This document shows positions 45,130 through 54,802 of a stretch of DNA of 64,000 nt, piece by piece (within the stretch, counting starts at the first letter, position 1; every line of letters begins with the position of its first letter). The stretch spans positions 23,531-87,530 of the forward strand of contig CATQHX010000006.1 of assembly GCA_958296065.1 (NCBI GenBank). Direction: 5' to 3'. Under the pieces are notes generated by a model. That model worked only from the letters and a program-made list of their open reading frames with translations, did no database searches and was not told the DNA's origin. The DNA comes from Vicinamibacterales bacterium (GTDB lineage: Bacteria > Acidobacteriota > Vicinamibacteria > Vicinamibacterales > UBA8438). The translations under genes were made by a program, and so were the position numbers.

Positions 45130-47847
45130 TCACTCGACGCGCAACGCCGACATGGGCTGGACGCGCGTGGCCCGGCGCGCCGGCAGCCAGCTCGCCAACA
45201 GGCAGATCGAGACCAGCAACGCCGACACGCCGCCGAAGACGGCCGGGTCGAGCGGGCTCGTCTCGAACAGGATCGCCTGAAGGTGCCGGGTCAGGGCCAG
45301 CGCCGCTCCGATGCCCAAGGCGGAACCGATTCCCGCGAGACCGCCCGCTTCCAGAAGCACCAGTCGGCGCACATCGCTGACCTGCGCTCCAACGGCCATG
45401 CGGATGGCGATCTCGCGGTGCCGGCGCGCCACCGTGTAGGAAACGACGCCGTAGAGGCCGACGGTTCCGAGCAGCAGTGCGAGCACGGCCGCGACCACGA
45501 TCAGGACCATGACGAACGCTCGTTGCTGGCGGGCGCGCGCGACCACGGTCTCCAGCGTGTCGACGTCGGAGACGGGGAGCGTAGGGTCGAGTTCTCGCAC
45601 GGCCTCTCGCACGGCGCCGGAGAGCCCGGGGGCGTTGGAAGCGCGCACCACATATCTCATCGCCGGCATGATGCTCGTGCTCGCCTCGTCGTCGCGCGTA
45701 GTGCGCACCACCTGCGGGTAGTACGCCATCGGCGGCGGATCGATGTGGAGTCCAATCTCGTGGACGTCGTCCACGACCCCGATGACGCGGAACCAGCCGT
45801 CACCGTCCACGCGCGGCATCCCGCCCGATCGGATTCCCTGTCCGAGAGCGTTCCCTCCCGGCCACGCTTGCCGCGCGAACGAACGTGACACGATGACGGC
45901 GCGCTCTCCGCGTTCCTCGTCGAGCGGGTCGAAGTCTCGGCCGTCGACAAGATCGATGCGCATGGCGTCGAAGTAGCCCGGTGCGATCTGCTTCCATCGG
46001 AGCACCCGCGGCACGTCGACCTCGGCCAGCGCTCCGCGCTCGAAACGATGATCCGAGGCGCGGGGGAAGAACGCCAGTGGAATCCCGTTCGTTGCCGCTG
46101 CTCCCACGACCCCGGGCAGGCCGCGCAGGCGCTCGAGCAGGGCGCGCTGGAAGTTGAGCTGCGCAGCCGGCTCGTAGGCGCGCTCGGGGAGCGCCACCGA
46201 AAAGGTCAGCGCATCGACGGGGTCGAATCCGGGGTCGACGGCCACCAGCTTCTGGAAAGACCGCGCCGCCAGCCCGGCGCCGATCAGTAGCACGAGGGCG
46301 AGCGCAATCTGTGCCGTGACCAGCCCGCGTCGCGCACTCAGCCGCTTGCGTCCGTCGGTGGCGCCGCGCGCGCCCGCGGTCAGGCCGGCGGATGCCGCGA
46401 CCGCCGTCGTGCGCCACGCGGGAAGCAATCCGAGCAGCAACCCAGCAAGAACCGAGACTGCCACGCCGAAGGCCAACACCGAGCTGTCAACCGAGACCTC
46501 CTGCAGGCGCGGCAGTTCCTGAGGGCCCCAGCGCACCAGCAGCCGCACGGCCAGCAGCGAGATTGGAACCGAGACGAGCCCGCCCGCCAGACCGAGCGCC
46601 ATGCTCTCGAGGAAGACCGATCCCGCCAGATGCCCGCGCCGTGCGCCGAGCGCGAACCGGATCGCGAACTCGTTGTGGCGCGCATCGGACTTGACCAGGA
46701 ACAGGTTGGCCACGTTGGCGCACGCGATCAGCAACAGAAACCCAACGGCGGCGAGCAGGATCCACAACGTCGCACCGATGTCGCCGACCAGGTGCTCGCG
46801 AGCAGGAACGATGACCGGCCTGAAGCCGGCTACCGCCAGCGTCGGCGCGGCGTTCTGGTCCGGAAAGACGGTACGCAGGTCCGACGTCATGGCGCCGAAC
46901 TCCGCCTCGGCCTGCTCCAGCGTGAACCCGTCCGCGACGCGGGCTACCCCCATGTGAAAGAAGTTGCCGAGTTGCACGGTCTCGCGGTCGAGCCGCAGCG
47001 GTCGCCAGAGATCGATGTTCGGCCACAGGAAGGTGAAACTTGGCGGCATCACCCCCACGACCTCCGTTCGGGAGCCGTCGACATCGACGAGGCGGCCGAC
47101 CACGTCCGGATCGGCCCCGAACCGGGTTCTCCACAGCGCGTCGCTGAGCAGGACCACTGGCTCTGCGCCCTCTCTCGCGTCTCGCTGGCTGAAGGCCCGA
47201 CCGATACGCGGCGGCGTCCGGAGCATGTCGAAGAACGACGCCGTGACATCCGAGGTCAGCACGCGTTGCGGGTTCTCCGCGTCGGTGAAGCTCGCGCTGC
47301 CCATCTGAATCGCCGTCACGCCGTCGAGCGCACGGCTCTCATCGGCGTAGAGGAAATAGAGCGGGCCGGAGATTCTCTCGCTGATGCCACCCCGGCTCCC
47401 GCCGAACCCCGGGGCGGCGTACTTGAGCACCACCAGCCGATCGGCGTCGGGGAACGGCAGCGGACGCAGCAGCACCGCGTTGACGATGGTGAAGACGGTG
47501 ACGCTGGCGCCGATGCCGAGAGCGACGGTCAGCACGGCGGCCCCCGTGAAGAGCGGATTGCGCACCAGCGATCGGAAGCACCGTCTGGACTCACGGGCCA
47601 CCGATCCGACCCATGCGCTGAGCCTGACGTCCCGCACCTGCTCGGTCACCTGGTCGATCCCGCCCAGCTGCAGGCGGGCGGCGCGCCGCGCCGCATGCGG
47701 CGACATCCCCTCCGCGATCTTCTGCGCGGCCAGCATGTTCAGGTGGTCGTCGAGTTCCTCTCTGAGCTCCTGCTCGACTTGGTCGCGACGGAACAGACCG
47801 CGCAGAAAGTGGCGGCATCGGGTCCACAGCGTGGCGAAGAAAGGCAT
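45130..47847 (-). CDS. ADOP-family duplicated FtsX/MacB-type permease (1 of 5)
   Basis: 905 aa. N-terminal helix extension, FTGAAVLTVALGIGASV, two FtsX-like TM blocks (ACANVANLFLVKS...; RRHREIAIRMAVGAQ...), C-terminal ARRATRVQPMSALRVE. Confidence 0.85.
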   Translation of the reverse strand: MPFFATLWTRCRHFLRGLFRRDQVEQELREELDDHLNMLAAQKIAEGMSPHAARRAARLQLGGIDQVTEQVRDVRLSAWVGSVARESRRCFRSLVRNPLFTGAAVLTVALGIGASVTVFTIVNAVLLRPLPFPDADRLVVLKYAAPGFGGSRGGISERISGPLYFLYADESRALDGVTAIQMGSASFTDAENPQRVLTSDVTASFFDMLRTPPRIGRAFSQRDAREGAEPVVLLSDALWRTRFGADPDVVGRLVDVDGSRTEVVGVMPPSFTFLWPNIDLWRPLRLDRETVQLGNFFHMGVARVADGFTLEQAEAEFGAMTSDLRTVFPDQNAAPTLAVAGFRPVIVPAREHLVGDIGATLWILLAAVGFLLLIACANVANLFLVKSDARHNEFAIRFALGARRGHLAGSVFLESMALGLAGGLVSVPISLLAVRLLVRWGPQELPRLQEVSVDSSVLAFGVAVSVLAGLLLGLLPAWRTTAVAASAGLTAGARGATDGRKRLSARRGLVTAQIALALVLLIGAGLAARSFQKLVAVDPGFDPVDALTFSVALPERAYEPAAQLNFQRALLERLRGLPGVVGAAATNGIPLAFFPRASDHRFERGALAEVDVPRVLRWKQIAPGYFDAMRIDLVDGRDFDPLDEERGERAVIVSRSFARQAWPGGNALGQGIRSGGMPRVDGDGWFRVIGVVDDVHEIGLHIDPPPMAYYPQVVRTTRDDEASTSIMPAMRYVVRASNAPGLSGAVREAVRELDPTLPVSDVDTLETVVARARQQRAFVMVLIVVAAVLALLLGTVGLYGVVSYTVARRHREIAIRMAVGAQVSDVRRLVLLEAGGLAGIGSALGIGAALALTRHLQAILFETSPLDPAVFGGVSALLVSICLLASWLPARRATRVQPMSALRVE

Positions 47848-47856
47848 CTCGACCTC

Positions 47857-49584
47857 CTATCTGCTCCATCCACCGCCCGATCCCGAGGCCGTGGTCGGGC
47901 CCACAGGTCCCTCGCCCATCGCGCCGCTGACGACGGCGATGCCGGCGGCGCCGAGAGAAGCGCGCTGCGTCCGGTCGAACTCGATCAGCGCCCGCTGGTA
48001 GTCGAGGATCGCGCGCTGCTCGGCATCCTGCGCCGTGGCCAGATCGCGTTGCGACTGCAGGACGAAGAAGTTCGTCGACAGCCCAACCTCGAACTTGCTC
48101 TCCTCCGCCTGGAGCTGTTCTTCCGCCAGCTCCCGCGATGCCGTCGCGGCCTGGATGCGCTCGCGGATCGACTCGATGCGCAGCGCCGCGTTGGTGACCT
48201 CGCTGGCGATCCGCAGCTCGATGCGGCGAATCTGCGTGCGGTTCTGCTGCAGCTCCAGCCGGGCCCGTTCGTACGCGGCCCGGTCCGCGCTCCGGCCGAG
48301 CGGCCAGGTCATCTGCAACTGGACGTTCCAGATCGGGTAGTCGGCGTTGGCGATGCTCTGCAGTGCATCCCGGTAGCCCCCCGGGAGCACGCCGCCGGCG
48401 CCGCCGAAGATGTCCTCGAAGCTGTTCCCGGCCGGAACCCGCCGGGGACCGCCCTGACCGCTCAGTTGGTAGCTCCCGACCAGGTCGAGCGCGGGCAGGG
48501 TGCTGTTGCGGAGGTTGTCGACGGTCGCCTCGTTGGCGTCGAGCTGGCGCCGCGCGCGGGAGACGTCGGTGCGGCGGTCGAGCGCCGCGCGGATCGCTTC
48601 CTGCAGTTGGATCGGCGCCGCCTCTATCCGCGGCTGGTCCGTCGGGTGGATCTCCGCTTCCCACAGCTCGTCGGACATGCCCCCCACGATGAGCTCCTTC
48701 AGCACAAGCTCGGAGGTGCGCTGCGTCTCGACGGCCAGCGCCAGCAACTGGCGGCGCGCCGCGGCTTCCGACTGCGCCTGCACGACGTCGATCGGCGCCA
48801 TCGTCCCGACCTCGACACGCGCCCGGTTGTCCGCCACGAGCTGCTCGGCCAGCGCCAGCGCCTGCCGCTGCACGCCCACCGCGGCGCGGGCATAGACGAG
48901 ATCCCAGTACGACAGGCTGACGTTGGCCAGCGTGTTGACGATGGTCTCCTCGAGGTCGATGTCGGAGATGTCCCGGTTGATGCGCGAGACGGCCAGTTGC
49001 GTGCGCCGCGAATCGGTCTGGAAGCCGCGCAGCAACGGCTGGGTGTACTGCAGCGTCATGTTCGCGCCGAAGCTCGGGTTGAAGGTCGAGAAGATGTTGG
49101 TCGACTCCCACCGCGAGCTGTCCCAGGCGACGTCGTACCTTCCGCCGCCCCACTTCATCTGCTGGCCGATCCCGGCGTCGTAGACGCCTAGGTCGGTAAC
49201 GATGGACTGGCCGCCGAGCCCGCCGCCGTCGAACACGAAGCGGTTGGGAGCGGTGGTCTGGTCGAAGCGCATGCCGGATGAAGCGAAGGGCAGGAACGCC
49301 GCGTCGGCCGCGGCGATCTGCATGTCCTGCACGAGCGGCTGGATGCGCTGGACGGCGATGTCGAGGTTGCGTTCGAGAGCGCGCTGAACGGCATCGTCGA
49401 GCGTGAGGTCGAAGCGGCGGGCCGGCTGCCCGGCCGGGGTCGCCTGCCAGGCGACGCCGGCAACCCCCGCGCCGGCAACTGCGTCGAGGGTCTGGGCGTG
49501 CGTCGCCGGCGCCGCCGCGGCAAGCAGCAGCCCGGCCATGAGCGGCCCGAATGCGAAAGCACGAAGATGCGTGGACAAGATCAC
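47857..49584 (-). CDS. TolC-family outer-membrane efflux channel
   Basis: Signal peptide ...AAAPATHAQ. Duplicated OEP repeats (LTLDDAVQRALERNLDI, coiled alpha-helical repeats). Confidence 0.8.
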   Translation of the reverse strand: MILSTHLRAFAFGPLMAGLLLAAAAPATHAQTLDAVAGAGVAGVAWQATPAGQPARRFDLTLDDAVQRALERNLDIAVQRIQPLVQDMQIAAADAAFLPFASSGMRFDQTTAPNRFVFDGGGLGGQSIVTDLGVYDAGIGQQMKWGGGRYDVAWDSSRWESTNIFSTFNPSFGANMTLQYTQPLLRGFQTDSRRTQLAVSRINRDISDIDLEETIVNTLANVSLSYWDLVYARAAVGVQRQALALAEQLVADNRARVEVGTMAPIDVVQAQSEAAARRQLLALAVETQRTSELVLKELIVGGMSDELWEAEIHPTDQPRIEAAPIQLQEAIRAALDRRTDVSRARRQLDANEATVDNLRNSTLPALDLVGSYQLSGQGGPRRVPAGNSFEDIFGGAGGVLPGGYRDALQSIANADYPIWNVQLQMTWPLGRSADRAAYERARLELQQNRTQIRRIELRIASEVTNAALRIESIRERIQAATASRELAEEQLQAEESKFEVGLSTNFFVLQSQRDLATAQDAEQRAILDYQRALIEFDRTQRASLGAAGIAVVSGAMGEGPVGPTTASGSGGGWSR

Positions 49585-49623
49585 CCTCCAGTCTGGAAGT
49601 CCAACCTGATAGAGGGGTGGACC

Positions 49624-50340
49624 CTATTCGCGGGCCGCGGCGGTGTAGCACCTCCCATCGAACAGGTGAATCTCCCGCCCGGCGTGCTCCGCATAGCGCG
49701 GGTCGTGGGTCACCATGCAGACGGTCGAGCCCTCGTCGTGCAGCGCCTGCAGCAGCCCGATCACCGCCTCGCCGTTCTTCGAGTCGAGGTTTCCGGTCGG
49801 CTCGTCGGCCAGCAGGATGGACGGCTGGCCGGCGACCGCCCGCGCCACCGCCACGCGCTGCTGCTGCCCCCCGGAGAGCTGGCTCGGCAGGTGCTTCACG
49901 CGGTGGGCGATCTCCACCTTCTCGAGCGCCTCGGTCACCCGTTCGCGGCGTTCGGCCCGCTGCATGCCGCGGTAGGTCAGCGGCAGCTCGACGTTCTCGT
50001 AGACCGTCAGGTCGCCGATCAGGTTGAAGCTCTGGAAGATGAAGCCGACCTCGCGGTTGCGGGTCCGCGCCCGCTCGGCCTGGCTGAGCTGCGCCACCGG
50101 CTGGCCGTTCAGCGTGTAGTCGCCCGCGGTGGGCGAGTCGAGCAGCCCGAGGATCGACAGCAGGGTCGACTTGCCGCAGCCGGACGGACCGGAGATGGCG
50201 ACGTACTCGCCGGGGTAGATGGCGAGATCGATGCCGTCGAGGGCATGCGTCTCCACCTCGTCGGTGTAGAAGATCTTCGAGACGTTCTCCAGGTCGATCA
50301 GCGCCGCCTCGTTCGTCGCTCCGTTCCCGCTCATCGTCAC
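49624..50340 (-). CDS. ABC transporter ATP-binding protein (MacB/LolD-type stand-alone ATPase)
   Basis: GPSGCGKSTLL (Walker A), LSGGQQQRVAVARA (signature), ILLADEPTGNLD (Walker B), MVTHD. Confidence 0.9.
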   Translation of the reverse strand: MTMSGNGATNEAALIDLENVSKIFYTDEVETHALDGIDLAIYPGEYVAISGPSGCGKSTLLSILGLLDSPTAGDYTLNGQPVAQLSQAERARTRNREVGFIFQSFNLIGDLTVYENVELPLTYRGMQRAERRERVTEALEKVEIAHRVKHLPSQLSGGQQQRVAVARAVAGQPSILLADEPTGNLDSKNGEAVIGLLQALHDEGSTVCMVTHDPRYAEHAGREIHLFDGRCYTAAARE

Positions 50341-50397
50341 ACCTCCTTCGGTAGTTCAATCCGCCGGCGCGCCGATGTTCGCGAATCGGTCTCGCCT

Positions 50398-51651
50398 CTA
50401 TTCGATACGCACCCGGTCGAACTGATCCCATGTGGACATGTCCGACAGGACCACCCGGTCGCCCGGCTGCAACCCGTCCAGCACCTCGATGGTGTTCACC
50501 GAGGCACGCCCCAGGCTCACCCGCGTGCGCGCCGCGTGCGTCCCGTCCGCCTCGACCTTGAACAGGCTGACCACTCTCTCCTCCTGACCGAACACCGGCC
50601 GGCCGACGAAGAGGACATCGTCCATCCGCTCCAGCTCGATGGTGCCGTCCACCGTCAGGTCCGGGCGGGCGCCGCGCGGCAGGGCCCCGTCCAACGCCAC
50701 GTCCACCGTCACCGTCCCGTTCTCCACCGCCGGGTCGATGCGCGTGACGTGCCCCGGAATGACGCCGTTGCGGGTGTCGATGGCCGCCGTCTGGCCGTTC
50801 TGGACGTCCTTGGCCTGCGTCTCCGCGATGCGCAGCTCGGCCTTGAGCACCGTCGGGTCGCCCACCCGGGCCAAGTTGGTCCCGGTGGTGATCCGCTGCC
50901 CTTCGTCGAGCGGTACCTGCTGCAGAACGCCGGGCATCCCGGCCCGCACGTGCAGGTCGGCCATCTGCTGCTGCCGCAGCTCGTACAGGGTCCGCAGGCG
51001 GTCCACCTCCGCCTGCTCGACCGCGAGCTGCGCCTCGACGGTGTCGGCGGCCATCTGCAGCCGTTCCTGCTCGAGCGCGTAGCGCGTCTCGTACTCCTGC
51101 TCGGCCGACTGCGACTGCTGGAGCTGGAGCGACGAGACGAGGCCCTGGGTGAAGAGCTGTCCGTCGGCGTCGGCCTGCAGGCGGGCCGTCTTGAGCTGCG
51201 CCTCGGTGGTGGCAAGCGTCGCTCGCTGGTCGAGCAGATCGCGCTCGACCTCGACCTGCCGGTTGCCGTAGCGGGCCTCGGCCGCTTCGAGATTCAGCCG
51301 CGCCTCGAGCGTGGACTGTTCCAGCTCGGGATTGCTCAGCTCGAGGATCACGGTGTCGGGCGCGACGAGGGCGCCGGGGCGAATGACTATCCGCTCGACG
51401 GTGCCGTCGGTGGTGGCCGGGATCCAGCGGATCCGCTCCGGGACCAGGGTGCCGGTGCCGCGCACCTGCCGGACCATCGAACCGCGCTGCACCGTGTCGA
51501 GGTAGATCGTGTCGCGATCGACCCGCGGCGCCGCCGGTTCCAGCCGCGAGACCCCCACCGTGACCAGGGCAACCACGATGAGCGCCGAGACGCTGTAGAG
51601 GCTGTGTCGCAGCCGCTTCTTCCGGGCGAGATCGGGTCGGGCGATGTCCAT
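50398..51651 (-). CDS. HlyD/MacA-type periplasmic adaptor (membrane fusion protein)
   Basis: N-terminal TM (LYSVSALIVVALVTVGV), a long coiled-coil (LEARLNLEAAEARY...QLAVEQAEVDRL) and beta-barrel-like C-terminal regions. Confidence 0.85.
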   Translation of the reverse strand: MDIARPDLARKKRLRHSLYSVSALIVVALVTVGVSRLEPAAPRVDRDTIYLDTVQRGSMVRQVRGTGTLVPERIRWIPATTDGTVERIVIRPGALVAPDTVILELSNPELEQSTLEARLNLEAAEARYGNRQVEVERDLLDQRATLATTEAQLKTARLQADADGQLFTQGLVSSLQLQQSQSAEQEYETRYALEQERLQMAADTVEAQLAVEQAEVDRLRTLYELRQQQMADLHVRAGMPGVLQQVPLDEGQRITTGTNLARVGDPTVLKAELRIAETQAKDVQNGQTAAIDTRNGVIPGHVTRIDPAVENGTVTVDVALDGALPRGARPDLTVDGTIELERMDDVLFVGRPVFGQEERVVSLFKVEADGTHAARTRVSLGRASVNTIEVLDGLQPGDRVVLSDMSTWDQFDRVRIE

Positions 51652-51680
51652 CGGAAGCCCTCCTCTCGGTTACCGTTTGC

Positions 51681-51709
51681 AGACTATCACGACTTATCTC
51701 GGTAAGCAA
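51681..51709 (-). promoter_or_regulatory. putative sigma70-type promoter of the adaptor-ATPase-TolC-ADOP operon
   Basis: The minus strand reads TTGCTT (51709-51704) - 17 nt - TAGTCT (51686-51681), then CGGTAACCGAGAGGAGGG and ATG 51651. A near-identical copy lies at 60366-60394. Confidence 0.4.
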
Positions 51710-51743
51710 GGGGACCAAGTCAGTCCCTCTCGCGTGTACGATG

Positions 51744-54395
51744 TCACTCCGCCCGGAGCGTCGTCGACGGATCGACCTGCGTCGCGCGGACCGCCGGAAC
51801 CACGGTAGCGGCGATGCTGACTGCGCCGAGGACGAACACGACACCGGCGACCGTCCACGAATCGAGCGGCAGCGCGTCGGGCGTCATGCGCCGCAGCGCC
51901 ACTGTGAAGAGTGCCGCGGCGCCTACTCCCAGCACGCTTCCGGTTGCCGAGAGCACGACCCCGTGGAGCGCGAGGCGAGCCGTGACCCGTCCGCGCGAAG
52001 CGCCCAGCGCCAGACGAATGCCGATCTCCTTCGTCCGCTGCGCCACCGTGTAGGCGACGAAGCCGTACAGACCCGCGGCTGCCAGTGTCAGGGCCGCGAC
52101 GGCGAACAGACCCAGCAGGAACGTGCGGGAGCGCGTCGCGGCGATCGCTGCGCCGACCACCTCGTCCATCGTGCGAATCGCGGTGATTGGAAGCAGCGGA
52201 TCGGCCTCGCCGATCACCCGCTCGACAGACCGGACCAGACCGGTCGCGCCCTGTCGAGTACGTAGCACCCAGTTCACCTGGAAGAACCCGTGGGCTTCCG
52301 CGAGCAGGTCATCCGGCACCTGCTCAACCGGCACGAAGACGGTCGGCCGGGTCGCAGTCACGCCGCGCGTTCGTACGTCTCCGAGAATGCCGACGACTTC
52401 GCGCACCTGGTCGCCCACTTCGACGGCAGTCATCTGCAGGCGTGTGCCGAGGACGGCCCGGCCCCCGAACCGGCTGGCGAACATCTCGTTGACCAGCGCC
52501 ACCGGTGGTGCGGCGGCGCGGTGGTCGGCGGCGCTGAACGCCCGGCCGGCCACGAGTGGAATCCGCAGGACATCGAGATAGTCGCCCGCGACGTAGCGCC
52601 AGTCCGCTTCCGCGGGCTCCATCCGGTTGTCGGGTCTCTGCAGCAGCAGCATCTGCAGACCACGCTCGACCGGCAGGTTGTTCGCCATGGCGGCAGCCTC
52701 GACCCCGGGCAGCTGCGCCAGTTCCGTCAACGTGCGCCGATAGAGTGCCGCAACGGCGTCGCGTGACCCGTAGGCGGGTCCTTCCAGCGACGCGCGGGCC
52801 GTGAGCACGTTGGCCGGCTCGAACCCGAGATCCGACGTGCTGAGTCCGGCGAACGTACGCAGAAACACGCCGGCGCTAACCAACAGCATCGTGCAGAGGG
52901 CGACCTGGGCGACTACCAGCGACCGCCGCATCCAGGACGCGTGGGCCGTGGTCACGCTGCGCGACTGGCCGCCGCGAAGTGTGTCCGCAGCCTCGCTGCG
53001 CACTGCCAGCGCGCCCGGCAACAACCCGAAGAGCACGCCGGTCAAGACCGCGATCGCGACCGCCCCGAACAGTACCGGCCCATCGACGGTGATGTCCCAG
53101 ATCGCCAGGCGCGGCCGTAGCGCGACCAACCCGGAAACGCCCGTTGCCGCGGCCAGGGCGCCGACCGCCCCTCCGGCCGTGGCCAGCAACACGCTCTCGG
53201 TCAGGAGCTGCCGAAGCAGCCGCCCGCGAAGCCCGCCGAGCGCCGCCCGGAGGGCCAGCTCCTGCCGGCGTCCCACGGTGCGGGCCACCTGCAGCCCCGC
53301 CGCGTTGGCGCAGACCAGCAAGAGGATGGCGCCGACAGCGGCGGTCAGGGACCAGACGAGGCCGCCGGTCCCGGCCGCAACCGACTCATGATAAGACTGC
53401 ACGTCGAGCCGTGCTTCGTCGCGCGGGTCCCGCAGGTCGGCGTGCAGGTCAGTGCTTGCGGCCCGCAGCTCCGCCTGCGCTTGCGCCGGAGTCCATCCCG
53501 CCCCGAGCCGGCCAATCAGCCGATAGTTCTGGTCGCCCCCGCTGGGATCGGGGCGGAACGGCGTCCAGGCATCCGCCTGTTCGAACGACCAGAAGCCCGA
53601 CGGCATCACCCCGATGACCGTGTGGGGCCGGCCACCGAGCCGTACGACCTGACCGATGATGCCGTGATCGCCTCCGAAATGACCGGCCCAAACGTCGTGG
53701 CTGAGCACCACCGTGGATGGATCGACCTCATCGTCGCGCGAGAAGGCCCGTCCCAGCCGTGGCGCGACCTCGAAGACCTGGAAGTAATCTGCGGTCACCT
53801 CGACTCTGGAAATGAACGTCGACCCGTGTTGGCTGACGAGGTTGATCCCCGGGCTGATGCCGATGCCGGCGAGCGCCTCGAAGGCCTTGCTGCGGTCGCG
53901 AAGAACGGCGACGTTTCGTTGTGGGTGGAACTCGTTCGCTCCCCTGAACCGGGAGTCGTAGCGAACCACGCTCACGATCCGATCCGGCTCCGGGAATGGC
54001 AGCGGGCGAATGAAGACTGCGTTGATCACGCTCACCATCACGGTCGCCCCGCCGAGGCCGAGACCCAGGACGAGGACGGCCGAGATCGCGAACCCGGGGT
54101 TCTTGGCGAGCGTGCGGGCGCCGACCCGAAGGTCCTGCCAGAAATCGGCCAGGAGCCGTTGCCACCGTTGCTGCCGTTCCCACGACTGATCGATGTCCAC
54201 ACATGCCTCCTTGACCTCCGCGTAGTCGCCGAAGCGCCGCTCGGCCTCCGCTCTGGCCTCGGCCGGGCGGTGGCCTTCGCGCACGAGCAGCTCGACAAGC
54301 TCTCCCAGGTGATGGTCGAGCTCCGCATCGACGTCTGCGGAAACGTCGGATCCCCAGAACCGGAGATAGCGCCGCCACATCGGTGTTCGCCCCAT
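51744..54395 (-). CDS. ADOP-family duplicated FtsX/MacB-type permease (2 of 5)
   Basis: 883 aa with the same architecture. It starts 13 nt after the PadR stop. C-terminal AVRATQVDPSTTLRAE. Confidence 0.85.
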   Translation of the reverse strand: MGRTPMWRRYLRFWGSDVSADVDAELDHHLGELVELLVREGHRPAEARAEAERRFGDYAEVKEACVDIDQSWERQQRWQRLLADFWQDLRVGARTLAKNPGFAISAVLVLGLGLGGATVMVSVINAVFIRPLPFPEPDRIVSVVRYDSRFRGANEFHPQRNVAVLRDRSKAFEALAGIGISPGINLVSQHGSTFISRVEVTADYFQVFEVAPRLGRAFSRDDEVDPSTVVLSHDVWAGHFGGDHGIIGQVVRLGGRPHTVIGVMPSGFWSFEQADAWTPFRPDPSGGDQNYRLIGRLGAGWTPAQAQAELRAASTDLHADLRDPRDEARLDVQSYHESVAAGTGGLVWSLTAAVGAILLLVCANAAGLQVARTVGRRQELALRAALGGLRGRLLRQLLTESVLLATAGGAVGALAAATGVSGLVALRPRLAIWDITVDGPVLFGAVAIAVLTGVLFGLLPGALAVRSEAADTLRGGQSRSVTTAHASWMRRSLVVAQVALCTMLLVSAGVFLRTFAGLSTSDLGFEPANVLTARASLEGPAYGSRDAVAALYRRTLTELAQLPGVEAAAMANNLPVERGLQMLLLQRPDNRMEPAEADWRYVAGDYLDVLRIPLVAGRAFSAADHRAAAPPVALVNEMFASRFGGRAVLGTRLQMTAVEVGDQVREVVGILGDVRTRGVTATRPTVFVPVEQVPDDLLAEAHGFFQVNWVLRTRQGATGLVRSVERVIGEADPLLPITAIRTMDEVVGAAIAATRSRTFLLGLFAVAALTLAAAGLYGFVAYTVAQRTKEIGIRLALGASRGRVTARLALHGVVLSATGSVLGVGAAALFTVALRRMTPDALPLDSWTVAGVVFVLGAVSIAATVVPAVRATQVDPSTTLRAE

Positions 54396-54408
54396 CTGCA
54401 GACCTCCG

Positions 54409-54729
54409 CTAGACAGCTTCCGCCGCCCGCAGCACCTTGCCGATGGCCGCCGCGAATGCCGCCCATCCCTCGGTCTCGCTCTGGAGCCGAGCTCGGCCGC
54501 GCGACGTCAGCCGGTAGAGCTTCACCTTCCGGTTGTTGTCCGAAATCCCCCATTCGGACTCCAGCCAACCGCGCCGCTCCATGCGGTGCAGGGCCGGGTA
54601 GAGCGAGCCTTCCTCGAGTTGCAGCTCGTCATCAGACGTCTGCTCCAGCCAGCGCGCGATGCCGAAGCCGTGGCGAGGACCGCCACGCAGCGTCGTCAGG
54701 ATCAGCAACTCGACCGTGCCCCGCAACAT
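54409..54729 (-). CDS. PadR-family transcriptional regulator
   Basis: MLRGTVELLILTTLRGGPRHGFGIARWLE...EGSLYPALHRMERRGWLESEW. Start set at ATG 54729 because the longer ORF overlaps the upstream permease. Confidence 0.85.
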   Translation of the reverse strand: MLRGTVELLILTTLRGGPRHGFGIARWLEQTSDDELQLEEGSLYPALHRMERRGWLESEWGISDNNRKVKLYRLTSRGRARLQSETEGWAAFAAAIGKVLRAAEAV

Positions 54730-54802
54730 CTCCGGATTCAAGGTATAGGGCGCGGCACCCAGCCCGGCGAGGTCAAACGAGGTCGGTGACGACCGAGTCC
54801 GC

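Noticed and set aside
44591-45133. ORF 44591..45133 (-, 180 aa) and ORF 44827..45888 (+)
   Set aside because: They have unusual Cys/Arg/Pro composition and no motifs. They overlap the ends of neighbouring real genes. The region is treated as intergenic.
47591-51844. Very long ORFs such as 47591..51844 (-, 1417 aa), 46630..49191 (+), 49498..51705 (+), 22395..25166 (-), 19465..21561 (-), 15701..17164 (-), 55220..57955 (+), 57708..60533 (+), 61282..63834 (-), 39527..41254 (+), 30857..32284 (-)
   Set aside because: They are Arg/Pro/Gly/Ala-rich with no motifs. They lie antisense or out of frame to genes with clear family signatures, and they span several real genes. These are typical shadow ORFs of high-GC DNA.
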